From assembly GCA_965235115.1 (NCBI GenBank), contig OZ249446.1, positions 19,530,001 through 19,594,000 on the forward strand: a DNA stretch of 64,000 nt, written 5' to 3'. Below are positions 24,501 to 38,800 of the stretch, in pieces (position 1 is the first letter of the stretch; every line of letters begins with the position of its first letter). The notes beneath the pieces were generated by a model. That model did not search any database. It was not told the DNA's origin and was given only the letters and a program-made list of their open reading frames with translations. This DNA is from Laetmonice hystrix (lineage: Eukaryota). The position numbers and the translations under genes were made by a program.

Positions 24501-27500
24501 CGTTGATCGTTTTGAGTGGACGAAAAGAATCGCCCAGTTCTAACAAATGGGACGTAAGCCAGACCAGATGATCATCGCTTTAACAGACGGTATTTGTGAC
24601 ATGCAACCTCCTGATTAACGACGTTAGACCCATCCATATCAGAACATACATACTCTCAAATGCCACCATCCAAGGTGCAAGATCCAAATGATCACCCCCC
24701 CCCCCATACGCCCATCCCCGAATGTGTAGACTGTATTTTGACGTTCATGGGGAATATGCATGCACGTAAAACGGCAACGCTGAGGTCGTCGCTACATAAT
24801 ATACACATAGCAATCGGGTGTCATGTCATGTCAAGCAGTGCTTTGCCATCAAGATGCCTTTGGACTCTGGAGATGAAGTTAATGCGTTCATAGTAACAAC
24901 AACGTTCCCATAGCGACCGACCTGCGACAGACCTAGAACGTCATGTGACCTCACGTCCTTGGTAACGGCTGCTCTGTTGGCTCGCCATGGAGACGGTTGG
25001 CATGGCAACCCCCAGCCCTACGCTATCTACGTTAGCCGACGCCGTATATTATATTAATAGGCCTATATATAGAGATAGAGATAGATAGAGCGATAAAGAC
25101 AGAGAGCCAGACAGAGAGACAGAGACAAAGAGAGAAGGATGGTTTAAACATTTGTTCATTGTGGACGCAATGGCTACGGGGTACGCCATTTGGCGTCAGC
25201 TTTCAGGAAACTTGTCCTACTAGGGTCATTCCTGTAGAGTTAAGCACATTACCGACATCGATTTCCGTTTCCGGTACATGCAACATTCACCTGACCTTTT
25301 GGTACCTTTCTAATGTGATCTATAAATAACTCAACTTCCGGGTCGATACTTTACATATCCTATCTCGATCACTCACCGAACCCATAGGGATACCGAGGCT
25401 GGAGCCTAAACGGGCCGGTGTCGAGGGAAGGGGATTTAAATTGGACAACCCTCCACCCCACCGACCCAACAACCCCCGACCTCCATGGTGATTAGAGCTC
25501 CGGAATCTTATGTATTGAACTTAACTGAATCGATTTAATATTGTCCATAGGAAATGAATAAAATTGTGGCTCTCACAGGGAACGTGAAGGGGAATTGCTC
25601 GATAACGTATATGATAACGAAAAACACAAACGTACACCCCCCCACACACACACAACAAAAAACAAAAAAAAGAACCCCCTTTTCTTAATTGGCGGGATAA
25701 GGATGAATTAGCCGAAGTCTATTCTACATAGTTAAAGCACAAGATAAGTTTAGAATAAGTAGCATATTTCTTATTTCATAGAAATAGGTATTGGATAACT
25801 AGTTTATTATCCCTTTTTTAAAGTTATGTTATTTCTTTGTATCCTTCTGACACGTCTGCAGATTATTACAAGTAAAGGTAACATTTTTCTAACAGGAGTA
25901 TTCCTTCAATTATAATGCAACTTTATCCAACCTGAATCGGATATCAAAGTCTATAGTTTATAAACAAAGGGAATTATATATAAGGTGCTCGTACATTATA
26001 ATGTATATTTGACTCATCATTATTCATTCTAAATTGATACTCAACCCAACTGCCACATGAGACGTCTCTGCTGGCAACAACAGGTAGCATAGTGCGTCAC
26101 GTGACAAACAACCTCTCTTTCGCTTCATTTACCCAGCTGTGATTCTATCTTCTCGCCACGTCGCCGTTTCTACGTTCTATGTTTGCATACATTTCGTGTC
26201 AATGACACAACTGAGTGAGAACACTGAAAATGGACCGAATCCCTTCGTACTTTCCTATCGATTCGCCATTATTATTAGTCATTATCGCACCGCCCTAAGT
26301 AACTGTGAACCGGTAAGTGAAGTAGACTATCCATGACAACGGCGAATATCGTTCCCTGTTCTATCTATTGTAAATATTAGATAATAACTACACCGGTAAA
26401 TTGACACTCAAGCGACAGCAATGATGAATACAAACACTTTATTGTCTTCTGTCGCCAGACAAGTTACACCTGCCTCCTAGCTCCATTTTCCTTTAGAGTG
26501 CATTCATTTAAGTACACATCTTGTAACTAATATAGCTGTCACTCCACCCCCACCCCCAGTCATTAATAGGTCTGTATTCTGTTCTTCAATAATAAACTAT
26601 CATTGGCTTTGTGTCTGATTTTCCAATTATGTCGGGAATAGAGATCCAACGGTACTCTACATGGAGAGAACGTTTGAAGTGTTTCGATTCAATTATTCAC
26701 ACAGTGTTAAATGGCACGAGAAGGAGAAAAATATGACATGTGTATTATATTTCTGTGAAGAGTTTCATTTTGTTCCTTTCTTGAATTATTCTTGTGATTG
26801 CATCTTTTGTTGTGAGCGTGGAATCGGAACCACTCTATCAATGGGACGACGAACTAAGTTAACTTTGTTGCTCTGACTTTTTCCCGTCAATAAGGATCCA
26901 GACATCATGAATTGGGGGTGGTAGAAGTTCAGCAGAAGCAAAATTTGTGTGTTGGTACAGAGGCGACCTGTTCAGTCTGGGTGGGAACTTTTCTTTCCTT
27001 GGGCCCGAAGGTGCGAAGGAGAGGATGAAGTGAACAGGAAACCCGCCTGACAGTCCCCTACTCTTTGATATGCCTAGTCGTAGAGCCTTTAATGACCCAG
27101 TAACGGAGCACTGGGGATGACCAATAAAGAAATGGTATGACGAACTTGCCCCATTCTTCGCCTCTTATGAACACCCCCTAACTCAGAGGAGAACCGCTGT
27201 AAGGGGTGGCAATACGTCTGCTATCCATACAACCGTCTCCTGTGAGAATTAATGCCGCCATGTATATCAGAACTCGACATTTCAATCCTAAATTACTTCA
27301 TTGTTAAGCTTAAATTGCCTAACGTCCTGTGTGAGAGCCTGTTTGGCGGTGAAGCTGTCATCTTCACCCAAAAAACAGGAAGGCCAGCCATTTATCACGG
27401 CGCCCCCGTGTCCGATTTAGTCGGATGCTGTAAACGTCACTTCAGATTCAAGGTAGAGTGCCAAGAATTGCACTACATTTTGACGCCACCAGGATATAAT

Positions 27501-28479
27501 CTGGCATCAAAATCTATTAGGGGACAGGCATCTCGTGTAGGTTCCGCAAATTCAATAGCATTTGACTGAATGAAGCACACATAGAAGCCATCTTAAGTAG
27601 CAAGCTGTTAGTTCGCAGCAATGCTAGTAAAACATCCAATGGAAAACGGTCTCGTTTCATCAGCGAATTTACGACAGTAATTTGTTAGGAAGCATAACAA
27701 TTAATGGGCACGCGAGTAACTCGTGCATTTCCAACGTTAGCGCCACGTGTAAATGACACGGTTGTCACAAAACGATAGACCTCGCGTGAGTCTCGCAGTC
27801 TCGGGCGAACGAGAGTTCAGGCTTGCTGATTACCACTTCGGCTGCCGTCATTCCAAAGATGAAATTGGGTCACATCGTCGACGAGACCTTTTGCGCATAC
27901 TCGCACTTTGCATCTGTTGTGTGGGTGTCGGTTACACTGACCGTCAGTCGGTTGCAATTACAGACGGTACCATGGTCCCCATTCCCCCACTCGGGGCCGA
28001 GTGGTGCCCTCGCCAGCACGACAGGCGTAACTACGATGTGGTTGTGTCTATCCAACACCTCGTTCATTACGTTGCCGCATGTTTTTTGCCTCGTTCCAAC
28101 ATGTGCCATTTTCACTTTCCGTTGCGCCCAACGGTCCATCGTTTCAATCAGACAGGTAGTCTGCACGAGTAGGCAACGTAGCCACCCGAGTGATGCGCCC
28201 CCATTGACCCCACGTTACCGAGTTCCAACGATTAATCTCTGCTGGAATGGATACTTATTGAATCGTTTACAGCTGGGTCCCTTTTACGCGATCAGTTTCT
28301 GACACTCAGAAACATGAAGCGCCAGTAGATAAACCTTTGATATTTCAGAATCCGTGTAGGCATGGAATTACGTGACTTGGTACCATTACCAGTGCGCATG
28401 ACTTCATAGTCTGGTATCCCAGTCGACGTGTTTCTGCGGCTAGACTCCCAGTGACACGTGGGGTCGTAGTACCGAGCTC

Positions 28480-28860
28480 AGTTGGTTCTAAGCCTTTGGC
28501 AGGTGGTCACAGAGCTCAAATCCCCGTTATACCATATGTAATAAAGGTTGCTAGTCTGGTTTCCCCCACCAGTCACCTGGTGCAGCGTCCACTCGTCTGC
28601 TAAAGTACTGTTAAAGGACCAGTGTATTCCTTTGAACGCCGTGTTGGCCCGCGCTGTTGTGCACATCCGCACAGAACATAGTTCCCCAAATCAATGCCAA
28701 CTGAGCTATAATGCTATAAGTGTTATCTGTTATAGCATTCGGAAGGTCGTTTATAGAAAAAAGAAAGAGCAAAGGGCCAGGGGATGAGCCCTGTGGGACA
28801 CCTGTTACCAAGGGGGAAATGGGATAAATAGCAGTTGGAAGTTGTTCTTTTGTTATTTCC
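28480..28860 (-). mobile_element. Decayed CR1/L2-group LINE reverse-transcriptase fragment
   Basis: VTGVPQGSSPGPLLFLFSINDLPNAI matches the RT motif GVPQGS.LGPLLF..YINDLP; the YADD box is degraded to FCADV; stops and frameshifts follow. Confidence 0.7.
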
Positions 28861-31029
28861 TCATCAGAACCTTCAGCTTTCAGTGTGAAGGGCAGCCTTC
28901 AGTGTCAAGCCTACTGGCACATGGAGTACTGTGCAAGTAGAAATGTGAGAAATATGTTTTCTCACAACAGACGGGACATGTTTATTTCAATCACAACTGT
29001 TATATTAAATGTAAAGATGCATACAGCATAACTAGTGGTAGTGTTCTGTTCCAGGAAAACAAGGATGCACTTCAGTTTTGAAAGCGTTTTTCTTTGTATG
29101 CCTGTCCTGACATTTTTACCCAGTGCAGCTTGTGAGTGAGTCCCGCAGGCGTACTTACGGGGATGGGTGTCTGAACAGGGGAATAGAGGTGTCATTGATA
29201 TCATAAGAATCTTTTATTTCAGTTATAGAATTCAAAATAATCTTGGGGCGTAGTCAGTGAACTATTCCACGAATATATCTTTTTCACCTTTAATTCTGTC
29301 TCTATAAAATATTATATTGACGTTTTGATGGAGTTGTCATCACTCACTGCAAGAATTGACAAACAGCTTGCGTTGTGCCCTCGTGCATTATTCCTAGTTG
29401 TCTCCCTGTTTTTCTCTATAATATCATCTTTGTGTTCTATCTTGCTGTTTGTTATATAACCACTATCTTGTGCTTGCTTTCCTCCCTTACATTTCTAACA
29501 TATATTCCTGCTGCCTCGCCTGTCCGGTGTTCTCTGTCTCTCCAACAGTGACCCCCTTTCCTGCGGCACATGGCCTCTAGATCGACGGACGGCGCCTCCA
29601 CTCAAAGTGCCCTAATCACGTGGCATGGCCCCAACCAACCCTTGTTAATTGACACCAGCAAGGGGGCCTGTGCATCAGGCAGTGCTGCTCAGTAAGGCTT
29701 GCCGACTTCCTTCGCCAGATTCCTTTCTTTCATGTTGCTCTCTTTAAAAGAAATAATCTTGACTCAAGGTGAGAACTGTCGCTTGCTCGTATACGTTTAC
29801 ACAAGCGTGAGTGAGGGGGGGGGGACACCCTTTCAGCCATTAATGTCAAAGAATTAAGGAACGTATTTACATAGACACGTTTTTTAAGTGGAAATGTTTG
29901 TCGCAGAATACTTCAGTTCAGAAAGAAAAAGTCACTATAAGTACAATCTATAACAGCTGGCAAAGGGTCTTCCTGTGGTGACAGTGTGATGTAAGTAGAA
30001 TCGTAGAATTTAGATAATTAACAGTCAACACAAGTTTTCTGAACGTAAACACTCGTCACGCTCATAATGTATTCCTGTCATACCTGCGTACGAATAACTG
30101 GGAACACTTACCAAACTTACATAATGTTCTTGATAGTAAACACTACTACTGGTCTATCTTAAGAGAGCATACAAGTAGTGTTTGCCAATTTTAACAATTC
30201 AACAGTAGTTTAGGACAGTTTAAAGTGTCTTTAGTAAATTCTCATTTCTATGACAAGTAAGAACGAGATTTAAATAACCCAAGTTTTTTATTCGCAACTA
30301 ACCCCCCTGATAGGCATAATCGCTTTTGTCTTTGAATGTCGACTCGCTTTCCATAACGGTCAATCAACTTCAGGACGTTAAATTAGACGATTTCGCCGAG
30401 AGATACTGAGAATCAAAGGCATCAATTCATGTTACGTCGTCAAACAGGCGTTATCAATACTGTTTTTCAGGGACTCCTTTTCACTAGCACATTAGCAAAA
30501 ATGCAAATTTCGATAAATCCCTGAAAAACTATCTTAACATGCACTTTTCATCTTGACATCGCTTTAGACCTTATGCAATTGCTGAAACATTGTACTTTTC
30601 TTTTCTAGAGCCATTGATTTTGCCATTCTTGCGATGACATTTCATATTAAACATCAGAATTGAACTAAACACAAAGACAATTTGGAAAACTCCAGTTGTC
30701 TCTTACTCAGTAATGTTAATGTGATGTTAAGGCCTGCATGACTTTGTAATTTTAAAGATATTGAATCAACAGCTTGCAAAGGGTCTTCCTGCCATGCCCC
30801 GGGTCTAGAATACACGTGTGTCATGCGTCATTTGCCGTCTCAGGTCATTTCTATGTCATGCCGAAATCCGAGCAGTTAATATACTTTAATTAACTTCACC
30901 GGCAAGGAAATTTAGAACTGATATTTGAAATGTTTCCTTTTCAATCAGATAGCGTTACCTCTGATTCACCCCCACATTGTCTGACAACACGACAACACCC
31001 GACATGCCGTCTAAGATGATGTTTATGAG

Positions 31030-31460
31030 ACGTACATGTACCACTCTCGGGGATAGTACATATACGCGAGAGTCCCTCTTACATCGGGTCTAATATTCCA
31101 GTGTCAGAAGTAGGTAATTTCCATGGAACAACCAGCATGGTGAGCATGGTCAGTTCACCGGGACAAGGGCATTCTTCCGTCATTCTGGCTATTCTATTCC
31201 TGATAATAGCCAATATAAGTTAGAATATTAACAGGTATGACGCCAAGGTAAGTGGGATTCTCCTGTATATATATTTCCTGCATAGGACGCGCACATCCCC
31301 TTACCTCTTCCGTAAGAAGGTATGAACTGGAGGCCATACCCCTACATCCGGTACAGCCTGGACGTTTGCAATGACAACCATGGTGGTTCTTGGTTCTTAC
31401 CAAATGTTGATATAAATGCTCCAATATAGGAGCAGTGGTAGGGCCATGATTTGACAAATC
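31030..31460 (-). mobile_element. Possible highly decayed I-group (Nimb/Ingi-like) LINE fragment
   Basis: ENPTYLGV motif followed after frameshifts by AGCS.. and TG.IRP-like residues; weak. Confidence 0.25.
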
Positions 31461-34084
31461 TTTTTGAAGTCCTAAACAGAATGGGCGATAATAAAAGGGA
31501 AATAAAGCGTGAAATTCTTGCGATACCAGTATTTATTTTGACACTTCACTCCAGTTTCAACTTTTATTAACTCTTAAAATCGTTCTAAATTTTTATTTTA
31601 TTTCAGGGCACCTACTACACTGTAAAATTAATCGGAGACGATTAAATGTTTTTTTAAGACCATTTACTAGAAGAGCCTGCTGCAACTCCTTTGACTCGTA
31701 TAGATTACGCTGCAATCTCCACTGTTATAGTGCCACAGCATGTGGCAAATACAGTCGTCTGAGGTACATTTGTATTGTACAGGGGGCGTTTATCGCACCA
31801 TCATCAATCAGTAGGCATTTCGTATCTTTCCACCCCAGGGAGTACTCGCAGTTCGCGGTCTTTAATTACGCCACGATTTGAAACAATTGAGCCTGGCCGG
31901 CGTTAATTTTTACAAAATCCCTTGGCTCTACGTCTTGGGAACATGGGAAGGCGCCCGGGGTGTTGGGAACCGTCAGTGACGTTGGCAGTTGATGGAGACC
32001 TCTCCTGCACGCCTTCGATGAGGTCATCACTGTAGGGTTTCTACAATCCCAATGGAATCGGTCGGCCACGTCTAGACCCTTATCGAAGCCAATTTCCCTC
32101 CTACTGCCATTCCGACTGCACCGTTTCTCACTGGGCTAGCAAATGGTGGAGTCGGGCTCTTTATCGGAGGGGGCACAATTTGTATCATTGGGGCGTGCAG
32201 CTGAGAGCAGGCTTGTTCCAGAGACAGTAAAATCACCGTAACTGACACAGACCTTTGAGTACTGCAACAGTGAGGGGTGGTATAGGCTTTGAGGTTGATT
32301 TATTCCAGCGAATTAGACGCGCCCTGCAAGATGGCAGTCAAGCGTGCAGATGGCAGACTACTTGTCCTGTCCATCCCACCAATGTCGTGTCCATCTGTAT
32401 TCTGCCGCGCTCTACGTAGCAACCAGATATTGATTCGGTTTAGCGATCCTTTATATTTTGCTCCATCTGCAGCAAACTTGCCAGATCAAAGGTTTATATA
32501 TGATGTATTTCCCAAGCAGAATAAAAAAAAATCTTTTGGCAGTCTTTCATGGACTGTAATGAAGAAATATCTTCTTCCTCTCTGAGTGATTATTGGTGTA
32601 AGAAAGCACAAAAATTAATGTAAGGGTTGGTCAGTTGGTTGGGTAATTAAGTAAGGGGCACTCAACTGAGAACTATAGATATCTGATAGAGGCGGGAGGA
32701 CATTCCGTAGCTCTGGGACGGAGATCGTTGGTAAGAATACGACATTCTTCCCGCGTATATAGGAATATGGGTAAGCTTAACCAATGCAGGGTCTTTATTC
32801 TTGCTTCTTTCTTTTCTGCTGGAATACATTGTGTTGGAACTTTGCCATTCATGTAACATCGAAATACGAAAAAGCTTGGCAATAAACTCAATCCATCTTT
32901 GCAATGTAAGGAAAGGAAACGTGAGCTAGTTCTTTGAATCACTCGTATCTTAGCGATGGTGTGCAAGAAAGGAGCCCTTAGGCAGCCACGTGTCGGGGTA
33001 TAATTCGTAAGTACATGTCATCCGTTACAGAATCATCAGCGGAGTCTGGCCGTTGTCTGTCACCAGAGGGATTCCCATCACAGAGAACCAAATCTGATGC
33101 TTATCCATCATCTCCTAGATAACATGATTATCTCCCGCACAGACGCCGCAATATATCGGTGCACGTTATTTATCGCGGCGTAGCGTCCCAGTAAGGATGC
33201 ATCGGCCTGCTTAAGGAGCAGTAATAAAGGCAATTCGGTAAGCTCTTAACAGTAATTAATATCATACACGTGCATAAATAATTAGCTGCAGGCAATCGTT
33301 AAATACTTGTGGATGGAACACACGCGGGAGAGGGCGACCAAATTTGCATTGGAGTGAAGAGGGAGGGGGACGGTTCCCATAAGAATACCTCACTTTCTAG
33401 GACAACAGAATGCTTTTACCAAAGCCGAGTTCCAATTATAGCAAATTCTATTCTAACGGCATGGCGAGGAACAACTGAAAACTGCCTTGCCTTTCATGGA
33501 CGTAAGAGTCGGCGGAAAACCAAGTCGTCTTCTTTCGAAAGCTTGTGCAAACTGTTATGCAACTTGTCATCTTCGATTTCACATCATTTCTAAACGTTGA
33601 TGAATTCCAACGTGAGAATATAGTCACTGAAACGAACACACTTGAACCAAAGTGATCACGCCAGGAAATTATCCGATGATATTTTGCATGATGAAACACA
33701 GATGGCCTGATGGAGGGGGTTGAGGGGGAGTTGGCCCCCCTATCCCCCCACCACCACCGCCACCACTGCAGCACCACCACCGCCACCAATACCACAACAT
33801 CTAGCAGCTTTCCCAAGCGACATGCTCTGGTGTTCATTGGCTCCATCCTCTCATAATAAGCCGAGGAGTTCCTTAATGTAGAACACTGGAGACGAGAGAG
33901 CCAGAACACCTGCCTGTGTCTATTAAATCTCACTCAAAGTCAGAAACAATTGTGCATGGGTCGTCTGTCGGCCAGCACTGAACGAATCGAGACAAACCAA
34001 GCGGCAGGATCCGGAAACAAATACGGCAAGTTATTAATAGGTTATGGTAAGGGGTTGAGAGTCGGTTCCGTTCACCCGCTCGCC

Positions 34085-34205
34085 CCCACCCCACCTCGCC
34101 CTCACCCCCACTTCGCCCTCACCCCCCCTCGCCCTCACCCCCACCTCGCCCTCACCCCCACCCCCACCTCGCCCCCTCTCCCACCTCGCCCCCACCCCCA
34201 CCTCG
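34085..34205 (+). repeat. C-rich short tandem repeat (cccacctcgccctca-like)
   Basis: About 6 imperfect units visible. Confidence 0.8.
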
Positions 34206-35626
34206 AAGTGCGCCCAACCGTGATATGAGAAGGAATCGTGCACTCTGCTGGAACCAGGCGCCCTGATTGGTATATGTAACGCACCGCTAAAAATCGTTGA
34301 CATTTGCCTGACGTAATATTAACTGACATTGCGATTCTACTCTGATTTTAAATGTTTTTTTTTCCCTTTCACTGCTGTTTTCCAGATTGGTATATCCATG
34401 CATGCGCACCTCCTCGATTCGTCTGACGACATTGGACAATGCTACTGTGTCAATTAGTCCATCTGGGCGGAAGAGCTTTTAGTCTGATCACAGTACCCTG
34501 GCAAAGTCCCGATTCGTCGTAAGACTAACAAGGTTAGATGGGGGAAGGGTGTGAAAACGACTGTCCAGGTGTAGGATACCATGGTCACTAACCCGATTTG
34601 ATCCCGTTTAATGACTCTTGCATCTTCATTGGGAGATTAATTTCACCTGAAATTGACGCTTACCAACAGAGGAATATTGCATTGTCCAGGCAACACCAGA
34701 TCGTAAATGAACGTAGTCGGTTCACTTTAAGAGAAATTACTAAGGTTTTGTAAGGATTCTCACGGCGGCACGGTGGGTTTTCTGACGTTTCAATGGGCTG
34801 TGGAGTATGGATGAAGGAGGATCGTTGCCTCTGACCTATTTACATCTGTGATATATCATCTTGACCACCGAGAGGAATGGAATGCCTTGGATGATGGAGA
34901 AGTAGCGTCCAAGTACCGGTGGTAGCCTACTCGACGGCCCCCTCCGTCTCCCCACCACACCTCCGACCTCACAGAGCAAGTCAACCGTTATCATTTCTCA
35001 TGCACCCCAAACGTGTTTCTGTGATTAGCCACGCTATTGGTGCCAAGTGTAAATAACCGTCATTCTATGCGGCCCCGCCATACACCTCAGATAGCAGTAC
35101 CTCGTTACGACAGAAGCCCATTTAGGCATTGTCCCTGGCGTGTTGCTGTGCTTTATAGCTGTAAGTGGGCGTTGGGAAGAGGGGGAGATACGAAGGACAG
35201 GGCGAACGCGTCAGGAGGCAATGGATGAGAATACGATGAGCAGTTTACTTATCGCGAGATCTCGGAGAGGCTCGCGAGACTCTAGTACACGTTGCCGCCG
35301 CCAGGCGACCTCGTCAGGCCGGTCCCTGCCAGATAATCATGATCTGACAACTTACACGCCCCTCACGCCAGCCAGGGCCCGCTTTGTTAAATCGTTTTCA
35401 TTTACCCCGAGGGTAGGGTCACGCAGGTGACAGACTGAATCAGATGGGCCATATTTTGGAGCAGAATCGATGGGCGTATCGGCCATCTACTAGCCATATG
35501 ACCTGCAGTAGTTTACGGATACAAATGGCAAGCAGTAGTCGACTTCCAGTCATTTGGCTCCCAGGGTACACCCCCGTTAAGGACCAAGCAGTCTGTCTTT
35601 AACTGACCCTATTATATGCAGTATAA

Positions 35627-35837
35627 AGTGCTAAACCCACCAAGGCGATTCCCCTTGCGACGGCCATGCGGTTTTTGATTTAATGGTGGAATTTCACTCT
35701 GAAATTTTTCCTGGCTGGCCTTCTCCGTTTCAGGAAATGGGTTCCATCCTTTAATCTCAAAATTACAGTAAAATAAAAGGGTGATATCAAAATCGCATGG
35801 GCGTCGCAAGGGGAATCGCCTTGGTGGGTTCAGCACT
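35627..35837. mobile_element. PIF/Harbinger-type (Tourist-like) MITE, 211 bp
   Basis: About 50-bp imperfect TIRs (AGTGCTAAACCCACCAAGGCGATTCCCCTTGCGACG... / ...CGTCGCAAGGGGAATCGCCTTGGTGGGTTCAGCACT) flanked by a TAA duplication (35624-35626 and 35838-35840). Confidence 0.8.
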
Positions 35838-38800
35838 TAAGGATCGGTTGGAATAGGAAGATGGTACAAGCAGCTGCCAACTGGAAATCGCATGTTCTCA
35901 ACGCGACTTGACTGTAATAAACAGGGCATAATTATGTTGTCTTTTTTTGAATACATTCATCCTCTTTTAACAAACTACAGTCTGTCAGCGTTAACTTGAG
36001 CCCGGGGCGGGGTCTTATTAGCGGTGGGGGTTGGCCCAGTGCTGACGTAACCCAATACCGGCCAATGGGGGACGAGAAGGGCCCGTCATTCAAACAAGTG
36101 TGTACAGGTTCAGTGACAGTGGCCGGCCTGTGGCCAAACCATGTACAGCCCTACACGTGGGTAGTCTCCAGCACCCAGCTCACCCATTGGCCGGCAGCCG
36201 GCAGTCAACAAAGCTGACCTTGCATATCATGAATATGAATTGGGCTCAAGTTAGCGGAAATAACAATTTCTCATTCGGATCGGAAAAGTGAAATTTTAAA
36301 TACAACCTTTGGTCACTGCCAGCACAGATACGAACCGTACATTGTACATAGCTATAGCTGCATGTGTCAGCCGGTTCATACGCCATGCCGCTGAGTATTT
36401 AGTGTTCTACCTAATCCAATGCATATTTTACACCCTGTCGGTAAAGAGCATATGCGGCATCAGAAAGCAAACCTGCAATGCACGATTGCACTATCAAACG
36501 ACCAAAATGCCAGGCCCGTAGGCAAGGACACACCCTAGTTGCGATTCTGGCAACATCCTCCCACAGTTTTCGCTCTGACAATCGAGAATAGGCCTGTCTC
36601 GGGACCGGAAGTAGTTCCCCTGACAAACCACGCCTCGCTCTCGTGGTTGCATGGTTATCTTCGAGTCAAGACTTTTTAAAAGCCTCCCCGTTGCCTCACT
36701 CCCACTTGCAAACTGAAAAAGGTGAAGCGAACCCATTTTCGTTATCTTAGATGATTTATTGCCTTCTTTTTGAGACAGACGTGTAGCCTACTACTCATTC
36801 TCTTCTCCCCTTTGGGTTCCGATTCCCCTTCTCCTTTTCTTTTCTAGAACTCATAATCTCTTCACCTAGTAATAAGTTTGGCTATCGCTTCAGAAATGGC
36901 TTTACAAATGTTTGTACCCCAGAGGAGTAATATTCTTCCGAGGCCACAGATAATATCAAGACATTGACACGTAGGAAGCCCATGGCCCCCTTGATGGTTC
37001 TTGTCTTGGCGCGCGTGTACATAAAACATTTGCAGACGACTTCACGTCAAAGCGTGCCAGGGAAGGTTGCGTCATTCGGAGAACCTACGAGCGGTAATTA
37101 GCCTGCGTGTTGTGACTGAAGGGACCCGCGGCGACCCGCGGTTGTTTCAAGGACCCGACCTCTGTCTTTGTACTCGGAAGCATTAGCTGGATGTGGCGGT
37201 TCGTTTCCATGGACCCCAAGAGGTTTACCACGAGAATATAATTTGATCGCTGCACGTACTACGTTCTGTGAAGCGAACCGCAGCTGTGATAGTTATTTGG
37301 GCTTTACATGCCACAATCACAAGACAGGTCAGGTAAGTATGGACCTATTATCTAAAAATGCCAATGATGGGCATTCGACGTCAGTTCTGGCAGGTATTAT
37401 AAGGCATAGATTATGGTCAGGGGTTCCTCCCTATCATCTCCGCATTTGGAGACAGACGGGGAGATGGGGGGAGAGATAGATCGATAGAGATAGAGAGAGA
37501 GGGGGAGGGGGAGAGAGAGGGGGAGTTAGATAGAGAGGGAGAGAGAGAGATTGAGATTCTTTAAAAAAAATTGAAAGAAGTCGAAAAAAGGATAACATTG
37601 CTTCCAGTAATTTTGATGCTGCGCCGCCTGTTCGTCTGTCATTATGTCTACGAATATACAATAGCGTTATGACTGTAGGTCCCTAAGGTTCAGTTCATTG
37701 GCTGTTTTACACTGTACAGGTCATACTTGCTTCAGAAGCCAGCGAGAAGTCACGCAATAGGACGGGAACAGAGCTCGACAATGAGACAGCACTCCGTGTT
37801 CCTGTGACGTCCGTGTCGAGGTGGGTCAGGTCCACGTTATTAGCCGCCTCTCGTGAAATCTTCCGACATGCTAAGTTTTTTTTATACTTTAAGCATCTCT
37901 GTCGCTATGGTAACAGATACCCCCGTCGATTCGAGCCCTTTCACCGCAATCATGTCACTTATCAATGGCAAATTCCACGAATGAGTGTTTTTCTATACGA
38001 GGTCACGATTCTTTAGAATCCTTCTAGAAGCCAACAAAAGACGCCAGTCTTTTGAAAGGTACAACACAACAACCACACGCAATGTCGACCTGTTCTTTGA
38101 TTTGTTTTGGGGTTGATTTTTTTTTTTTTGGGGGGGGGCTAAAATTTGGAATAATATAAGAATATAAGAATCCGCTATTTGTCACATTCTGTCCAGGATA
38201 TCCTCAAATTATCTAGACCTTCGTCATCGTCAGGATTTTCCATGTACCCACCCCTGGACGTACAAGATCCCATCACTAAGGGCAAGAGCTCAAACCAAAA
38301 ACTTCTCAGTCATGGACTGTATACCAGTGAGATTTGGGACCAGGCCTTACCATAACATACACCCAAGTAACATGTTTTATGACTGTCTTGTAATTCTTAT
38401 TTTTCCCGCATGACCAGTTTATGAGAAATCGTTAAGGGAACACTCAAGTTCAGTTAGCTGGTATTTCCCCCTATAATTGATTTCGACTGTTTTTGACAAC
38501 AACGAGGGCCGTAAACATGGGTCGTGCCACAAGAACGCAGTTTTAGGGGCAGATGTAAATATTATTACCAAACTTTGCGGTGAAACATAAGTAGTGCAAC
38601 TGCCTTGAGCAGACGGCTGGTTGGAGCGACGATCCAGCCCATGGATGGGAATGGTGTGACCCGTAGCTGTCTTGTTGATTCCAACGATCATGTGCCTACA
38701 TCTGTCATCGACGTTAGCTCAAGAGGTCTCTGGCTCGTTTGTCTCGTGAATTCACGTTGAATGCGATATTAAATCTCAACCCCAGCTGGCGTAGTGGTGA

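Noticed and set aside
26368-26660. Solo LTR (TG start, AATAAA, near-CA end)
   Set aside because: No TSD, no convincing inverted termini or primer-binding site.
27830-28170. Thrombospondin-like GEWGPW motif on the minus strand
   Set aside because: The frame is broken by stops and lacks the TSP1 Cys/Arg pattern.
36494-36736. Second degenerate SUEL domain (CQGNYF...CGRM...LGC)
   Set aside because: Cys spacing is wrong, the C-terminal half is absent and there is no donor site; likely chance.
37140-37330. WSC domain start (GCFKD) or Cys-rich exon before gtaagt
   Set aside because: No continuation of the domain pattern and no good acceptor.
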